A stretch of DNA of 64,000 nucleotides from Malacoraja senta (lineage: Eukaryota), in NCBI GenBank assembly GCA_038087875.1, contig CM075989.1:18292001-18356000 (forward strand), given 5' to 3'. This document shows, piece by piece, positions 1 through 13,057 of the stretch; within the stretch, counting starts at the first letter, position 1, and every line of letters starts with the position of its first letter. A program made the translations under genes and the position numbers. Below the pieces are notes generated by a model. The model did no database searches. It worked only from the letters and a program-made list of their open reading frames with translations, and was not told where the DNA came from.

Positions 1-414
1 TTGGCTGCAACCTTCCCTCCATTGATGAACTGTACACTGCAAGGGCCAGGAAGCGAGCGGGCAAGATCATCTCTGACCCCTCTCACCCTGGCCACAAACT
101 CTTTGAATCACTTCCCTTTGGAAGGCGACTCCAGACTGTCAAAGCTGCCACAGCCAGACATAAAAACAGTTTTTATCCACGAGTAGTAGCTCTACTCAAC
201 AGCCAAAAATCTGTAGCCTCCCTTTGATCTGGTATTTTGTTGGTTCACATGCTTGATCAATGGTGTTTTATCATTAATGTTTTATTATTATTAATGTTTA
301 GTGTTTTCTGAGTCATTCGTAACTGTCACTGTATGTCATGTTGTTACTTGTGGGCGGAGCACCAAGGCAAATTCCTTGTATGTGAATACTTGGCCAATAA
401 ACTTACTTACTTAC
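1..414 (+). mobile_element. 3' end of a Rex1/Babar-type LINE (ORF C-terminus 3-227, 3'UTR, AATAAA and (ACTT)n tail)
   Basis: Frame 3..227 reads GCNLPSIDELYTARARKRAGKIISDPSHPGHKLFESLPFGRRLQTVKAATARHKNSFYPRVVALLNSQKSVASL*. This matches the DPSHP...LF..LP.GRR...R..NSF C-terminal signature of Rex1/Babar ORFs. The element ends in caataaacttacttacttac. Confidence 0.85.
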
Positions 415-600
415 CTTCCTCAGATGTGGGGCCCCATCACTTATGTCCCATCCCCAACATTCTTTTCCAGCGTTCTCCTCCCTACTCCATTAGTCTGAAG
501 AACGTTCCTCACCCGAAGCGTCGTCTGTCCATTCCCTCCACAGACGCTGCCTGACCGGCCGGGTTCCTCCTCCAGGGCTTTGTGTTTTGCTCAAGATCCC

Positions 601-1429
601 TGTGTAAATCGCTCGTTCTAAGCTTCCCCATAGTCTAGTTTCAGTCAAAAACCACTGAATCAAGCACTTGATCAACTAATCTTTATTTAAAAAAAGCACA
701 ATTACAGTTCCCACCACTGTACCTAACCACCGCGGGTTCGATCCTCGTATCTGCCTGTTCAAGCCCTCTAGGCCTCGCTCAAACAGACTCTCCAGAAGTT
801 CACCCAGTCCCAAGCGCTCTCCCAGAAGATCGACGCAGGACCTCGTGGTAGCAGACTTTTATAGGTCCTGGGACCTCGAGGGGCCGAACCACATGGGGGT
901 GGTCTCTTTACAATCCAATTACAGATATCGATTAACCCCATACATAACAGACATTTTCCTAACCCAATAATACAGCAGCTAATACATTGTATTCAAGCAG
1001 GGCTTCTCAAGGAAGCCAACTTAGCAACATTTACCCTGATCTGCAAGAAACCCAGACACGGCTCAATACCTCATCCAGTCAACTCGTCAAAGTAGAACTC
1101 GGCAAAATTATTTACAATTATTTACAAGGTGTGTGTCTGGTTTGCAGTCATACAATCCATTCTATGCATTTTGCACCTAATTGACAGGGTCTGCAGATGT
1201 TCTCATTCTTTTCCTGCAGGTTATATCTAGGCTCTAGACAAACTGGCACCACTCCGCAGCTTGTCTCATTTCTGCAGAGAGCAATTTCCAAATTGACCAA
1301 ATCTCCCAGCAGCCCTGAAGTTTTTACCCCTTTTTAAAGTCCTAACCTGTCCAATTTGGCCAGGATTAACACCTGCACCTGCAGCCCCTGGTGTCACCAT
1401 TATGAGTTTGCGCCACAACCTCTATCACA
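601..1429 (-). mobile_element. Probable solo LTR (ERV/LTR-retrotransposon type)
   Basis: About 830 bp bounded by TGT...ACA. On the minus strand TATAAAA (857-863) is followed about 170 nt later by AATAAA (682-687), giving a U3-R-U5 layout. It abruptly truncates a Penelope-derived repeat at about 600. No clean TSD was found. Confidence 0.55.
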
Positions 1430-1573
1430 GATAACTTTGTCACTGTTGTTCGCAAACCTGGCATTAGCAGTCATTTCCTGTGATCTGTTGGAATGAACTC
1501 TCCTTCCAAACAGATGGCAGAGACTGGGCTGTGCCAACAAGCGGCTGGCAGAGACGTGACTGGTTCATAGCCG

Positions 1574-1592
1574 GGCCACCAGATGGAGGTGC
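1574..1592 (+). promoter_or_regulatory. Candidate CTCF-binding motif
   Basis: GGCCACCAGATGGAGGTGC resembles the CTCF core CCASYAGRKGGCR and lies in non-repeat sequence. Motif match only. Confidence 0.3.
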
Positions 1593-1844
1593 CACCTTGG
1601 CAGACAGCTGGCAAGCACAATATGGGCGAGGGCCGGATCCTTCCTCACCATCAAACAAATGTTATTTGGGTAATTGGTTTACGGTGAGTCGGTTTATGCT
1701 CTAGCATAGTCTAATTGTACCTCTAGTGATGCAGAAGGAGGCCATTTGACCCATTCGGCTCATGCCAGCTCCCAGAGAAACAATCCCATTCATCCCATTC
1801 CCCCCTCTTCTTATTTCCCTGCAACGCTGCAACTTATTTTCAAG

Positions 1845-3180
1845 AGAGTCATACAGTCATAGAGCACTGAAATGGGCCCTTCGGCCCAACTCGTCTATGC
1901 CAACCAAAATACCCAATCCAAATTTGGCCCATTTGGCCCACATATTCTAAACCTTTCCTATCGAAGTACCTGTCCAAGTGTCTTCTAAATGCTGTCATAG
2001 TATCCTTCTTAACCACCTCGTCTGGCAGCTAATTCCATAAACTAATTCCATTTCTATGTGAAAAAGTTGCCCCTCAGTTTCGCATTAAATCACTGCTTGC
2101 TCAACCCTCTCCATCATGGGCCATTATTAGTTTAATCTCCCTTCACCGTCTCCCATTGTCCCTTTATTCCCTTGCTTTTGCTTCCCCTGTCTCCTTCCTC
2201 CCATATCCCTCCCTCCAGCTTTACATTTCGCTTCTCTGCTTACCTGACATCCTTTTCTCTCCTTTTCACCTCTATCCCTTGTCACCGACTCCACCCCATC
2301 TACCAATCACCCATCATCTGTACCCACCCATCACTTGCCAGGCTTTGCCCCACACACTCCCACCTCTCTTTTCCAGCTTTCTCCCCTCCACTTCATCAGT
2401 CTGAAGAAAGGTCCCGACCTGAAATGTCCTTTTCCCACCTTTGGCCAATATCCCTCTCAAACCTTTCCTACCTATGTACCTATCCAAGCGTATCTTAAAT
2501 GGCACCTGCATCAACTACCTCCTCTGGCAGTGCGGTCCATATACCCACCACCCTCTGTGTGGAAGGAATTGCCCCTTAATATTTAATGTTGTCCCTCATT
2601 CCTTAAGCCTATGTCCTCCGGTTCTTGAATCCCTAAATATCATTTAAATGTTGTAATTGCACCTGCCTCATCAACTTACTCTCATTAGGAAGCTCATTCC
2701 ATATATCCACCACCCTTTGTGTGGAAAAAAAAAGTTGCTCCTCTAGTTCCGATTAAATCTTTCCCTCTCACCTTGAACATATCTCCTTGATTTTCCTACC
2801 CTGTGAAAACGACTCTGAATATTCACCATCTCTATTCCCCTCATAACTTTATACAGCTCTATAAGGTCGTCCCTGTACCTCCCGAGAAACCAACCTCTCC
2901 CTGTAGCTCTAGCCCCAGAGTCCTGGCAACATCATTGAAAATCTTCCCTGCACTTCTTAGGTGACCAAGACTGAACATAATTTTGATTAGTACAGGTGTC
3001 AGGGTTATGGGGAGAAGGCAGGAGGATGGGGTTAGGAGGGAGAGATAGATCAGCCATGATTGAATGCAGAGTAGACTTGATGGGCCAAACGGCCTAATTC
3101 TGCTCATATCAGTTATGATCTCATGACAATACACCAGGTGCAGTCGTATCAATGTCTTGTACAACTGCAATATAACATCT
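1845..3180. mobile_element. Cluster of nested CR1 (HER1-like) LINE 3' fragments plus a Penelope-derived 3' fragment (about 2150-2430)
   Basis: CR1 tail motifs (gggccgaagggcc, tcagccatgattgaat) occur on both strands. A pyrimidine-rich tract ends in ctgaagaaaggtcccgacctgaaatgtc. Confidence 0.75.
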
Positions 3181-3917
3181 TCCATCTGTTCATCATAGCC
3201 ACCAACCTCATTCATTGATCTGCTGTTTCCTTGCCCAATCCATTCCTTTAAACCCATGGTGTTTCCTGGCCTGCTTGTCCTGAAAATTCTTCGGCATGTG
3301 CTTTTCTGACCCTGGTTATGTTTCCCCCCTGCTGACATCCACTGTAACGAGCAATGCCAACTGTTCACAAAAAGTGGTATTAACCTGCGTTAAGTTAAGA
3401 TCACATTTGTTTTGCTATCCACAATGTTGATATCAAATACCATGGGCAGTCTTACTGTTCTGTTGAGCAATGCCAAAGTTGCTGCTTGATAAACCATTCT
3501 TCTGTGTGAGGGAAACCGTTTATTTGCATTTGATAAAATCAAATAGCAGTTGTAAGAGCGGCACAGCTCTGTTTATCTCAAGTTCCCATGCGCTGTATGT
3601 TCCGAGTTACTCCGATAATAAAAACATGTTTCATATTAACATTGTAAATGTATCAAAGCAACTGCATCTTTGCGTAAATGGAGCATTTTCAATTAATGGT
3701 CTGGAAAATGTCACCTATTTATATATGCAAAGATATATATATATATACATACATATATATGTGCGTGTAAAGATATATATGTGGGTGTGTAAAGCTATAT
3801 ACATGTGTAAAGCATGTGGGAAAACACAAAATGCTGGAGTAACTCAGCGGGAAAGGCAGCATCTCTGGAGAGAAAGAATCGGTGAGATTTCGGGTCGAGA
3901 CCTTTCTTCACTCATAT

Positions 3918-4177
<260 letters not shown>

Positions 4178-4607
4178 CTGTACCTGTGCCTCGGTACACG
4201 TGCCAATAAACTGAACTACACTAAAGTAATACATTACACAATAGAAAACAGCGACTTCATGCACAGACTGGTGAGATGTGAAGCCAAAAACCTCAGGAAC
4301 AGTAACTAGTGCTGAGGTTTGAAAGGAAGGAGAGAGCTGGTCAGTTGCTGAATGAAATACAGACTGAGACCAGCTGTATAGAATTGACTGTTTCTGCACA
4401 CCAAACCTAGTTTCCATTTCTGTGATGAGTTACTACTGTAACTAAATTTTAAAAATCCAATCTCCATTTTCTTTTAGAAAGGTTGAGATTTTGTTATGAC
4501 TTGTCCATTATTCTCTTTTAAATCCGCTTTTTTAACCATAAGAATACTTCTTGCTTCTTGCGGAGGTTTTAATTTCTCTTGCTCCCGATTGTTGTTTTCA
4601 CCCTCGG

Positions 4608-4940
4608 GGGTCATGTGTGACAGCACTCATGTCATCCGTGACATCTGGGGACATCCGTGACACTGTGGGAGGCATCCATGTTACCTGTGACATCGGGGAC
4701 ATACGTGACAATGCGCGCGGGACATCCGTGTCATCCGTGACACTGTGGGAGGCATCCATGTTATTCGTGACGTTGGGGACAACGATGCTGTGGGTGTCAT
4801 CCGTGTTACTGTGAGAAGCACCCATGTGGGCCGAGACAATTGGGAACATCCGTGACATCTGGGGACATCCGTGACACTGGATGGCTGCATGTCACCCCTG
4901 ACATTTGTGGACATCCGTGACACTGTGGGAGATCCATGTT
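4608..4940 (+). repeat. Degenerate minisatellite built on GACATCCGTGACA / CACTGTGGGAGGCATCCATG units
   Basis: CATCCGTG(ACA) recurs many times. The longer unit catccgtgacactgtggga(g)...catg occurs near 4652, 4733 and 4912. Confidence 0.8.
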
Positions 4941-6394
4941 TCCAAATTGAAGGCTTCACTGGAGGGACTTGAACACAACATTGGGGTTGGCACTCAGGGG
5001 ACCTCTAAACTAAACCTCTTTGGCCAAAGTTCTGATGGGCTACCCTAACCTCTCAACGTGGTTTGGTGCTAAATTGTGTTAGATAATGCTCCCACGAAAA
5101 AATCTTGGGGTGTTTAGTTTAACTGATAGTTTTATAGTTGTTATGGTTATCATTCTGGTAAATCCTCAATTTTCTTTAGTGGACTGGCGTGGGATAACCG
5201 TTAACCAAACAAGTTAGAAAATGGGAAAGGCATATGAACAATTCATTGACAGCTATTAGTTGGGTGTTGACGCGAAAGCCACAAATATCTCATCATTAAA
5301 CTGATAGGAATCTATGGGAAATTATAATTTCAGTCCACTAATGAAGGGCATGCAAGATGCATGCACGCCACACAGAAACAAATGGAACTATTTAATTGAT
5401 GATTCATTTTTATTGGCGTCACAAGGTGAATCTTACAGCAACTTAATTAATGCAAGCAATATATGAAAACACTGCTGTGTGCAAAAACAAATGGACCAAG
5501 TCTGCCTCGGGAGTTTTCATAATTCAACACTGAATTATGTGACATGCTCTTTGAAGCCTGATTCACCTATGTCTAGCCAAAATCTGTAAACAGTACCACC
5601 TGTTCATCATAAAACCTTCAAGAGAAAAGTTTCAATTTCACTTAACCTTGCAATAACTTTTCAGGTGTTTATATTTCTGGAAAAAATGTATGTCATCAGT
5701 TTTAGTAATAAACCGTAGCCTATTTAAGCCCTTGATGCACACTAAAGATTAGGGTTTTGTAGAGATTGTGCAGAGGTTTTACATTTTTCAAAAACATCAA
5801 GTCGATACTACCTAAAATAACACTCTCATTGTCAGCTGAGTGTCATCAGAGTGGGTCGCCAGAGTGGGATTCGAACCGTCACGCCCAAGGCTGTTGGTTC
5901 AAATTACCTCCAAAGTCGTTAAGAAAGAACCTGTCCATCAGTAATTGGTTTATATATCACCATCCATCCAATATTACCTCATCACAGAAGAAGTGCTCCA
6001 TATTTTCATTCGATACCAGGTTTATTTTTAAATGAATTTTCTTTAAAATAAATAGTTGCAAGCCCAATGAGATCCTTCCAATGAAGTCAGCCATTTAGCG
6101 CAGAGATGTGGAGAAATCGCTGTAATTAGAAAGCTGTACATCTTTTGAATGTATTTGATACTCAGTCATTCATTCTATTAATGAGTGAGACGGAGAGATT
6201 TCAGGACCATAGTACACGGGTCTAGCGGGTGATCTAGGGAAAGAGTAATAGACTTGTAGAAGAACAGCCATGATATTTTTAGAAATACAGCACTGAAACA
6301 GGCACTTCGGCCCACCGAGTGTACACTGACCAGCGATCCCTGCACATTAACACTATCCCACACTAGAGATAATTTTTACACTTATACCACTGCA

Positions 6395-6645
6395 CTCCTC
6401 CCCACCAGCTTCTCGTTTCACCCAACAAATAGCTAACAATAGCCAGTTTCCTTTATCATCGTTACTTTTTTGCACATCTTTCATTCGCTGTTCTTTATCT
6501 CTCTACATCGTCGTCTATATCTCTCGTTTCCCTTTCCCCTAACCAGTCTGAAGAAGGGTCTCGAACCGAAACGTCACCCATTCCTTCTCTCCAGAGATGC
6601 TGCCTGTCCCGCTGAGTTACTCCAGCTTTTTGCATCCATCTTCGG
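6395..6645 (+). mobile_element. Penelope-derived terminal (pLTR-like) fragment with hammerhead motif at 6548-6575
   Basis: Pyrimidine-rich 3'UTR, then CTGAAGA-A-GGGTCTCGAACC-GAAACGTC, then the family tail gatgctgcctgtcccgctgagttactccagc. Confidence 0.75.
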
Positions 6646-6929
6646 TAATCACTCCTTGGCTGAGATATTGCACAACCATTTGGTGCCCATGGAAACATTT
6701 CCCTGCAAGGTGTTAATGTCAACAGGGGAGATGGGGAGGTGAGAAAACCGGTGCAAAAGTAAAAGTCAGAAGCATGATGGATCTGATTGTCAAGTCAGGT
6801 GGAATCCAGGGGAATTCTTACGCACACCTTCCTTTCTTGGATCGTTTCAAACATAAAGTGGTCAGGCAGCCATAGTGTTAAACCCAACACCGCCCCATCA
6901 CAATTAAACACTACACTCATCCATCCTTA

Positions 6930-7218
6930 AACCCCTGTCCCACGGTATGAGATCATTCCAAGAGTTCTCCCGAATTTGCCCTGATTCGTGACCACTCGTC
7001 GGTACTCGGGGCTCTCGTGGACATTTTTCATCGTCAAAAAATCTTCACGTGTCTTCCCGTGCTTACCTGCCATTAGCGAGTCTTCCCGAATACCTGCCGT
7101 TAGCGCTAAGAGACGTCCCCGAGCTCCGCTATGTTCATTCTACGTGCTTACCACGAGTTTGATTTTTTTTAAACTCAGGAGAGCTCTTGGAATGAACTCG
7201 TACCGTGGGACAGGGCTA
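6930..7218. mobile_element. PIF/Harbinger-type MITE (family A)
   Basis: TIRs CCCTGTCCCACGGTA...TACCGTGGGACAGGG (about 40 bp, imperfect) flanked by a TTA/TTA 3-bp TSD (6927-6929, 7219-7221). Confidence 0.85.
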
Positions 7219-7270
7219 TTAGATGTGTTAATATTCTAACTTCCACAGACTTTCATCTTGAGGTTAACCA

Positions 7271-8514
7271 AATAACATTTGATGCACAATAATATTAAAG
7301 TTAACATAACATGGACAGGAAGCCATGACACATTGGAGGGGATTTTGTTGCGTTATTTCCCCGTTTCCTTTTTGGAGATTATTGTTAATTTTTCATAGGC
7401 CGGTGCCATTCATTGATGGCCCTTTGTTCCAATACTAACAGTGTACGAATGAACCCAGCAGGGGCCAAGCTCAATTGTCAGCCATTTATCAAGACTGTGG
7501 GAGACCGTTGAGATGGCAAACAGATTAATCACGAACATGCTGGAGGAACTCAGTAGGGTCAGGCAGCATCTTTGCAGGAAAAGAATGAGTGGCGATTTGG
7601 GTTGGAACCGTTCTTCAGGTTCAAAAAGGCTATAGATGGGTTCCGACCCACAACATCACCCATCCTTTTTCTCTCGAGATGGTGCTTGAGCCCGCTGAGA
7701 TACTCCAGCACTTTGTGTCTATCTTTGGTGTAAACCAGCATCTGCAGTTCCTTCCGACACTCGTGGAACCATAAGGCATGGAAACAGGCCCTTCGGCCGA
7801 ACTTGCACAAGCAGCCCAAGATGCTCCAATCATTCCGGCCATGTCAAAAACTGGGGAGTGCTGCACTCTTCTCCCCCCACCCCAGATCTTTCAATACACA
7901 TTGCTGATACCCTGATTGCACCCACATGCTCCTTGTGTGAGAGGCTCTAGAGCATTTTACACCATGCCATTCATCATTGTCGTGCTGAAGAATTGAAAAG
8001 CATGTGAAGAATTGGAAACATGAGTTAGCTTAAATAAAACATTAATAGCATGTAAATGGTGGCCCACAACATTCTACATTTCAAACATTGTACGTGGAAC
8101 TGCTGAAAACATTTGGAAATTATTTTGCAAACAGAAAGTTGTGCTAATTTAATTCTGAATCAGAGACCAATGGTTTCTGATAAGATAAGATTCTTAGAGC
8201 GATAAGTTTTTAATCAAAACTTAAGGAAAATTCTGAAGTTTGAGTTTTGAAATACATGAAGATAGCCATCGCTGATCTTTGGCCTATCCAATAACATTTG
8301 ATGCACAATAATATTAAAGTTAACATAACATGGACAGGAAGCCATGACACAATGGAGGGGATTTTGTTGCGTTATTTCCCCGTTTCCTTTTCGGAGATGA
8401 TTGTTAATTTGTCATTGCCCGGTGCCATTCATTGATGGCCCTTTGTTCCAATACTAACAGTGTACTAATGAACCCAGCAGGGTCAAGCTCAATTGTCAGC
8501 CATTTATCAAGACT
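7271..8514 (+). repeat. Local direct duplication of about 225 bp (7271-7496 and 8290-8514)
   Basis: Both copies run from aataacatttgatgcac to ccatttatcaagact with only a few substitutions. Confidence 0.9.
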
Positions 8515-9859
8515 TTAAGACCAGCCATGTTTAACAAGATTATTTTTTATCACCATTGCTGTTTCAAAAATGTTAGGTGAGTTTTTAACGTCATGAGGTA
8601 ATAAGTGATAGGAGCAGAATTAGGACATTCGGCCCATCAAGTCTACTCCATCATTCAATCATGGCTGATCTATCTCTCTCTCCTAACCCACTCTCATGCC
8701 TTTTCCCTAGAACCCCTGACACCCGTACTAATCAAGAATCGAACTGTCTCTGCCTTAAAAATATCCATTGATGGACTATACAAAGAATCCCACAGATTCA
8801 CCACCCTCTGACTAAAGAAATTCCTCCTCATCTCCTTCCAGAGGATATGACCTCTAGTCATAGAGTCTCCCATTAGTAGAAATATCCTCTACACATCCAC
8901 TCTATCCAAGCCTTTGACATATCATGTAAGCAATTGGCTTCAGGAGTTAAACGTGGGCAGGAAAACTATCTGGATTGAATGTTTAGACTTTACTTTAGAG
9001 ATACAGCATGAAAAGAGCCCCTTCAGTCCACTGAATCTACGCCAACCAGCGATCACCCCCAACACTAGCAGTATACAAAACACTAGGGGCAATTTCCCAT
9101 TTTTACTGCAGCCAATTAACCTACAAACCTGCACGTCTTTGGAGTGTGGGAGGAAACCGGAGCACCACGTGGTCACAGGGAGAACGTACAAACTCCATAC
9201 AGACAGAACCCATAGTCAGGATCAAACCCGGGTCTCTACCGCTACGCAGCCATGCCAAACGTTCTTCTGTTCAGATTCAATGAAGAATTCGACAGGAATA
9301 ATGATGTCCTTTTCATAGCTGGGGATCCTGCCTTTCATTGGGGGTATACCAGTGATACACTCAGTGGTAAACTTCAGCTTGGGATTCTGCAAAGTCAGAC
9401 AGCTACGGTTTGAGCAATTAATTTTAGCTGCTACACCATCAAAACTTTTTACCACCCCCTCCCCCCCATCAAAGACTAGAGGGCACAGCTTTAAGGTAAG
9501 GGGGGCAAAGTTTAAAGGAGATGTGCAAGGCAACTTTCTACGCAGAGAGTGATGGGTGCCTCGAACGTGCTGCCAGGGATGGTAGTGTTGGCAGATACAG
9601 GAGTGGTTTTGGATAGGCATGAATATGAAGGGAGTGGAGGGATATGGATTATGTACAGGCAGATGAGATGAGTTTAACTTGGCATCATGTTCGGCACAGA
9701 CATTATGGTTCGAAGGGCTGTTCACGTGCTGTACTGTTCCCTGTTCTAAGACACCTACAATAAGGCATGAAATGAATGGCTTGAGGTGGGATTTACAACC
9801 CAAATGTGTGTTTCACCAGCAAAGGGAACTGTGGACATGCAGACAAAGGTAACAAGCAC

Positions 9860-10146
9860 GGGCGGCAAGGTGGCGCAGCGGTAGAGTTGCTGCCTTACAG
9901 TGCCAGAGACCCGGGTTCGATCCTAACTATGGGTGCTGGCCGTACGTGTGGGGGTTTTCCCAAGATGCTCCGGATACCTCCCACATTCCAAAGACTTTCA
10001 GGTTTGTGGGTTATTTGACGGGTAAAATTGGAAAATTGTCCCAGGTGTGTGTAGGATAGTGTTAATGTACGGGGCTCATTGTTCGGCACAGACCCGGTGA
10101 GCGGAAGGGCCTGTTTCCGCACTGAATCTCTAAACTAAACTAAACT
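9860..10146 (+). mobile_element. HE1-type V-SINE (internally deleted)
   Basis: tRNA-derived head with A box (TGGCGCAGCGG) and B box (GGTTCGATCC), V-domain remnant, CR1-like tail and (TAAAC)n end. Confidence 0.85.
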
Positions 10147-11389
10147 AGCAAAGGGGGACAGATTTTGTTCGTGCCTGGCGCCTGGCTCTTCTTCCCCCCC
10201 TCTCCCACCAAAGGGTCAACATCAACAGAGCCACCCGCTCAATATAAGATCTTTAAATCAAATTGCAGATGAGGTAACCAGGCCAGAAGAGCAAAGACTA
10301 ATAGCAATGAACAGGAAAGACATTGTCCCCAAATCCCTCACTATCTGTTAGAAATTCTCAGCAAAGTGAAATGCAACTCTGCAGATTATTTCCAATGTGG
10401 GATTTAAATTAAAAAAAAACAATCAGCTGTGAACCAAACATGTTCTCAATGAGGGGATCAGAAAGGTAAAGTCTTTCTAAGTACATTAAGAAAACACAAA
10501 ACCTTCAGCAGTAAGCAGTGTCTCAGTTTGACATTGCGATTTTTAAGCTCTGTAAAACTGTTAGAGGAACAAATGACATAGACATTATAATCCGTTCACG
10601 CACAATATGTCAAATAATAAAGTATTTGTGCAATATATTCCGTTATTCAACAACAAACATCACCATTCCTTCAAAGTTAATGTCCAATAAAATCCAAGTT
10701 AACAAATTGCGGGTTTTCTCCGAGGTCTTCGGTTTCCTCCCACACTCCAAAGACATACAGGGTTGGAGGTTAATTGGCTTGGTGTAAATGTAAATTGTCC
10801 CCAGTGTGTGTAGGATAGTGTTAATGTGTGGGGATCGCTGGTCGGTGCGGACTCGGTGGGCCGAAAGGGCCTGTTTCCGCGCTGTATCTCCAAACTAAAA
10901 CTAAACTAAGCACAATACATTCAATATTCTCCTGTCTTTTACCATTGGAGGTGGAATTAAATTGTGATCAGAGAGAAGGCATCAGCCATCTGGTGTCAGA
11001 TGCTTTACAAGGGCAAAATTACTAAATGAAATTTAGATGAACTTCATTAGAAAATCCAGACCTAATCCATGTGGGCTATTCATCACATTCTCATTCATGG
11101 ATGCACTGACACTAAAGAAAGTTAAAAAAGCTTTGGATACGAACGCAGAATAAAAGCTGAAATGGAGTGTGAAAGGACAGGCAAATAATGAGGAGCCCAG
11201 TCATGGAGACTATTGTCACTTCTTTTAATGGGTGAACCACTTAATTATGTTGGTGCAAACAATACGAGGGGACTGACTCGGCAGTGTTGTCGAGTCGGCT
11301 TGCCTTCAGTCCCGTGTGTTCTCAGTTTCCCAAAGGAATCTCTTTCGAAATGGGAAGTGCAGAATCTGATCACATCCAGTATACTCTTA

Positions 11390-11629
11390 TGGGCCTGTCC
11401 CACTTGGCAATTATTTTCGGCGACGGCCCGGCATCATTAACTGGCGTATCATGTCACCGAAAAGTCGCGGCGTGATGCGGCGGTGACGCGCCGTGATGAC
11501 GTATTGACGCGCGGTGTTTTTTCAAGTGTCGCAACATTTTTTTTGTCGCCGCTGGGTTTTGACATGTTCAAAATCTTTTGGCGACCCTGATATGACGCCA
11601 AAAAAAAATCGTCAAGTGGGACAGGCCCT
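11390..11629. mobile_element. PIF/Harbinger-type MITE (family B)
   Basis: TIRs GGGCCTGTCCCACTT...AAGTGGGACAGGCCC with TTA/TTA TSD (11387-11389, 11630-11632). Same family as 45465-45709. Confidence 0.85.
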
Positions 11630-12765
11630 TTACTGTTTCCCACCACTAATGATAGTGCAGTCGCCTCTGGTGACTGGAATTTTCAGTCAAACGCAAGGCA
11701 ACATTTTTAACTGAAATATCCAGGCAATAAATTGTGCCACGGGCCAATATAAGAATTGAATGTAAATAGCCCATCATTTGGGGTTGGGCAAGAATACGGA
11801 TAGTGAATCTAGGGGAACTTGTTGACCATGGAGGGAGTCACGCTAACATCCATACGTTTGCACTTCCCAGAGACGGGCAGGATGTTGTGAGGTTTTATGG
11901 CACAGCAATGAAAGAACTTTTACTTCTTGCTCAGAGGTCCTAGGACCAACAATGGGCCAGTTTAATTTGTCACACATTAGGAACTGAACTCGTGACTTGT
12001 GTGGTTTGAGAAAGCTTCATGGCACATCACGATGCTTTCATCCACCACAACCATTGGCAAAGCTCTCAAATCCCTTTACTGGGACTGTTTTTTTCCCGCA
12101 CAAATGTGCATTGTTCCAATTTCTGTAAAGCGGGGCATAATTATGCTGCAAGCTTGAATTGGTCGGGGTGCGTCAGGGAAAGCTCTGAGTCATTAGCGGA
12201 CACACCTTTCAGTCACAATGACCTCCGTGCTCCATAATCCCGCTGTATTCTTTCAAATGTAGTAAACTTTGCTGAATAGTTTTTAAAATAAAAACATAAC
12301 ATATGAGACCAAATTATTAAAGTCTGTCGCGGATCTTACCAGTGGAAGTTGGCTGAATAGGCTGGCTCTGATGTTCACAAGGCCCAAGTTCACACAAGCT
12401 CAAACAGTGAAGCTCCAGTCTGGAATTAAAAAACAAAGGCTCATGATTTAACAAATCCTCCTACTGATCACGCTAACATGTATTTGATGGTACAGTGCCT
12501 GCATGCAAGTCTCTTTGGAGAAGTCAAACACAAGTCTGATTGTATTCTTGCCAAATATATTCAGAATACACACTTGGTTTTAAACCGTACTCATGGAAAA
12601 TGCAATGCAATTCACGCAAGGTAAACATTTAGTGCAGTTCCTTGGTAACACCCACATGAGGGGGCATAATTAATGCAAACGTTTAATAATTAGACACCTC
12701 CCATGCTGATGCAGAGTAGTATTTATCACGCGAGTATCAAATTGGTATGCGAGTTCTCAAGAAAA

Positions 12766-13057
12766 GGGCAGCAGGGTGGCGCAGCGGTAGAGTTGCTGCC
12801 TTAGAGCGAGAGAGTCCCGGGTTCGATCCTGACTATGGGTGCTGTCTGTACGGAGTTTGTACGTTCCCCCTGTGGCCGCATGGGTTTTCTCCGGGTGCTC
12901 CGGATTCCTCCCACACTCCAAAGACGTACAGGTTTGTCAGTTAATTGGCTTCAGTACAAATGTAAATAGGATAGTGTTAGTGTACGGGGTGATCGCTGGA
13001 CGGCACGGACTCAGTGGGCCGAAGGGCCTGTTTCCGTGCTGTATCTCTAAAGTCTAA
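12766..13057 (+). mobile_element. HE1-type V-SINE, near full length
   Basis: A and B boxes, V-domain (ggagtttgtacgttc...ggtgctccgg.ttcctcccaca) and tail gggccgaagggcctgtttccgtgctgtatctctaaa. About 28 copies or fragments of this SINE occur across the window. Confidence 0.9.

Noticed and set aside
1514..1683. Possible 170-nt plus-strand exon (ccaaacag...ACG|gtgagt) with an open frame
   Set aside because: The peptide is unrecognisable and I could not link it to partner exons. Splice-like signals arise by chance.
4608..4940. Repeat-spacer appearance reminiscent of a CRISPR array
   Set aside because: The units are irregular and degenerate, the spacers are themselves repetitive, there are no cas genes and the context is vertebrate.
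5852..5892. Isolated B-box-like GGTTCGAATCCC on the minus strand
   Set aside because: No A box or cloverleaf could be built, so at most a decayed tRNA or SINE relic.
9274..9412. Open frame FNEEFDRNNDVLFIAGDPAFHWGY after an acceptor-like site
   Set aside because: It is short with no recognisable family, and a SINE abuts the supposed branch-point region.
12766..12835. tRNA-like sequences with A and B boxes (many copies)
   Set aside because: These are SINE heads that continue into the V-domain, not tRNA genes.
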